Shown here piece by piece: positions 63,999 through 64,000 of a stretch of 64,000 nucleotides of DNA (its first letter is position 1; the number at the start of each line of letters is the position of its first letter). The stretch lies in the NCBI GenBank assembly GCA_903847975.1, contig CAINFC010000294.1:811-64810 (forward strand), given 5' to 3'. The DNA comes from an uncultured Acidobacteriota bacterium. Lineage in GTDB: Bacteria; Acidobacteriota; UBA6911; CAINFC01. The notes beneath the pieces were generated by a model. It was given only the letters and a program-made list of their open reading frames with translations, searched no databases and had not been told where the DNA came from. A program made the translations under genes and the position numbers.

Positions 63999-64000
63999 CT

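Overview
High-GC (~60-65%) genomic window, probably Acidobacteriota-like. Inferred from protein content: CarboxypepD_reg/TonB-dependent receptors ending ...ALRL(D/N)F, a Ser/Thr kinase fused to a TolB-like propeller, and giant FG-GAP and RCC1 repeat proteins. High-GC antisense shadow ORFs longer than 400 aa are pervasive and were discounted. Main content, left to right: (1) a class I SAM methyltransferase (edge-truncated) and a Tat-signal Gfo/Idh/MocA oxidoreductase. (2) A putative RiPP biosynthetic locus made of six tandem paralogous B12-binding (class B) radical SAM enzymes, three on each strand, converging on a single 92-aa Nif11-type leader peptide gene. That gene carries a Gly-Gly cleavage motif, a 17-aa Val/Gly-rich core, its own near-consensus sigma70 promoter and a large upstream inverted repeat. 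Every radical SAM enzyme carries a C-terminal PqqD-like RiPP-recognition (RRE) motif. (3) Directly upstream on the same strand, a kaiC-kaiB-kaiB operon translationally coupled to a PAS-containing hybrid histidine kinase. (4) An integral-membrane protein, an alpha-galactosidase-like glycoside hydrolase and a TonB-dependent receptor. (5) A sulfur module (persulfide dioxygenase-rhodanese fusion, split YeeE/YedE transporter with a triple-rhodanese tail) with tandem operator-like palindromes. (6) A low-GC ~0.94-kb internally deleted IS element with 14/22-bp terminal inverted repeats. (7) A 2531-aa FG-GAP/Fn3 giant secreted protein. (8) A Ser/Thr kinase-TolB fusion, followed by a duplicated TonB-receptor 3' remnant, a 15-nt poly-G tract, a possibly frameshifted hypothetical gene and a cluster of REP-like hairpins. 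(9) An ABC-2 exporter and a second TonB-dependent receptor. (10) A signalling cluster (double-REC/PAS regulator, MEDS-domain protein, hybrid histidine kinase). (11) A giant secreted RCC1-repeat protein, a HAD hydrolase, a class A beta-lactamase-like protein and an M13 metallopeptidase. No rRNA, tRNA or CRISPR array was recognised.
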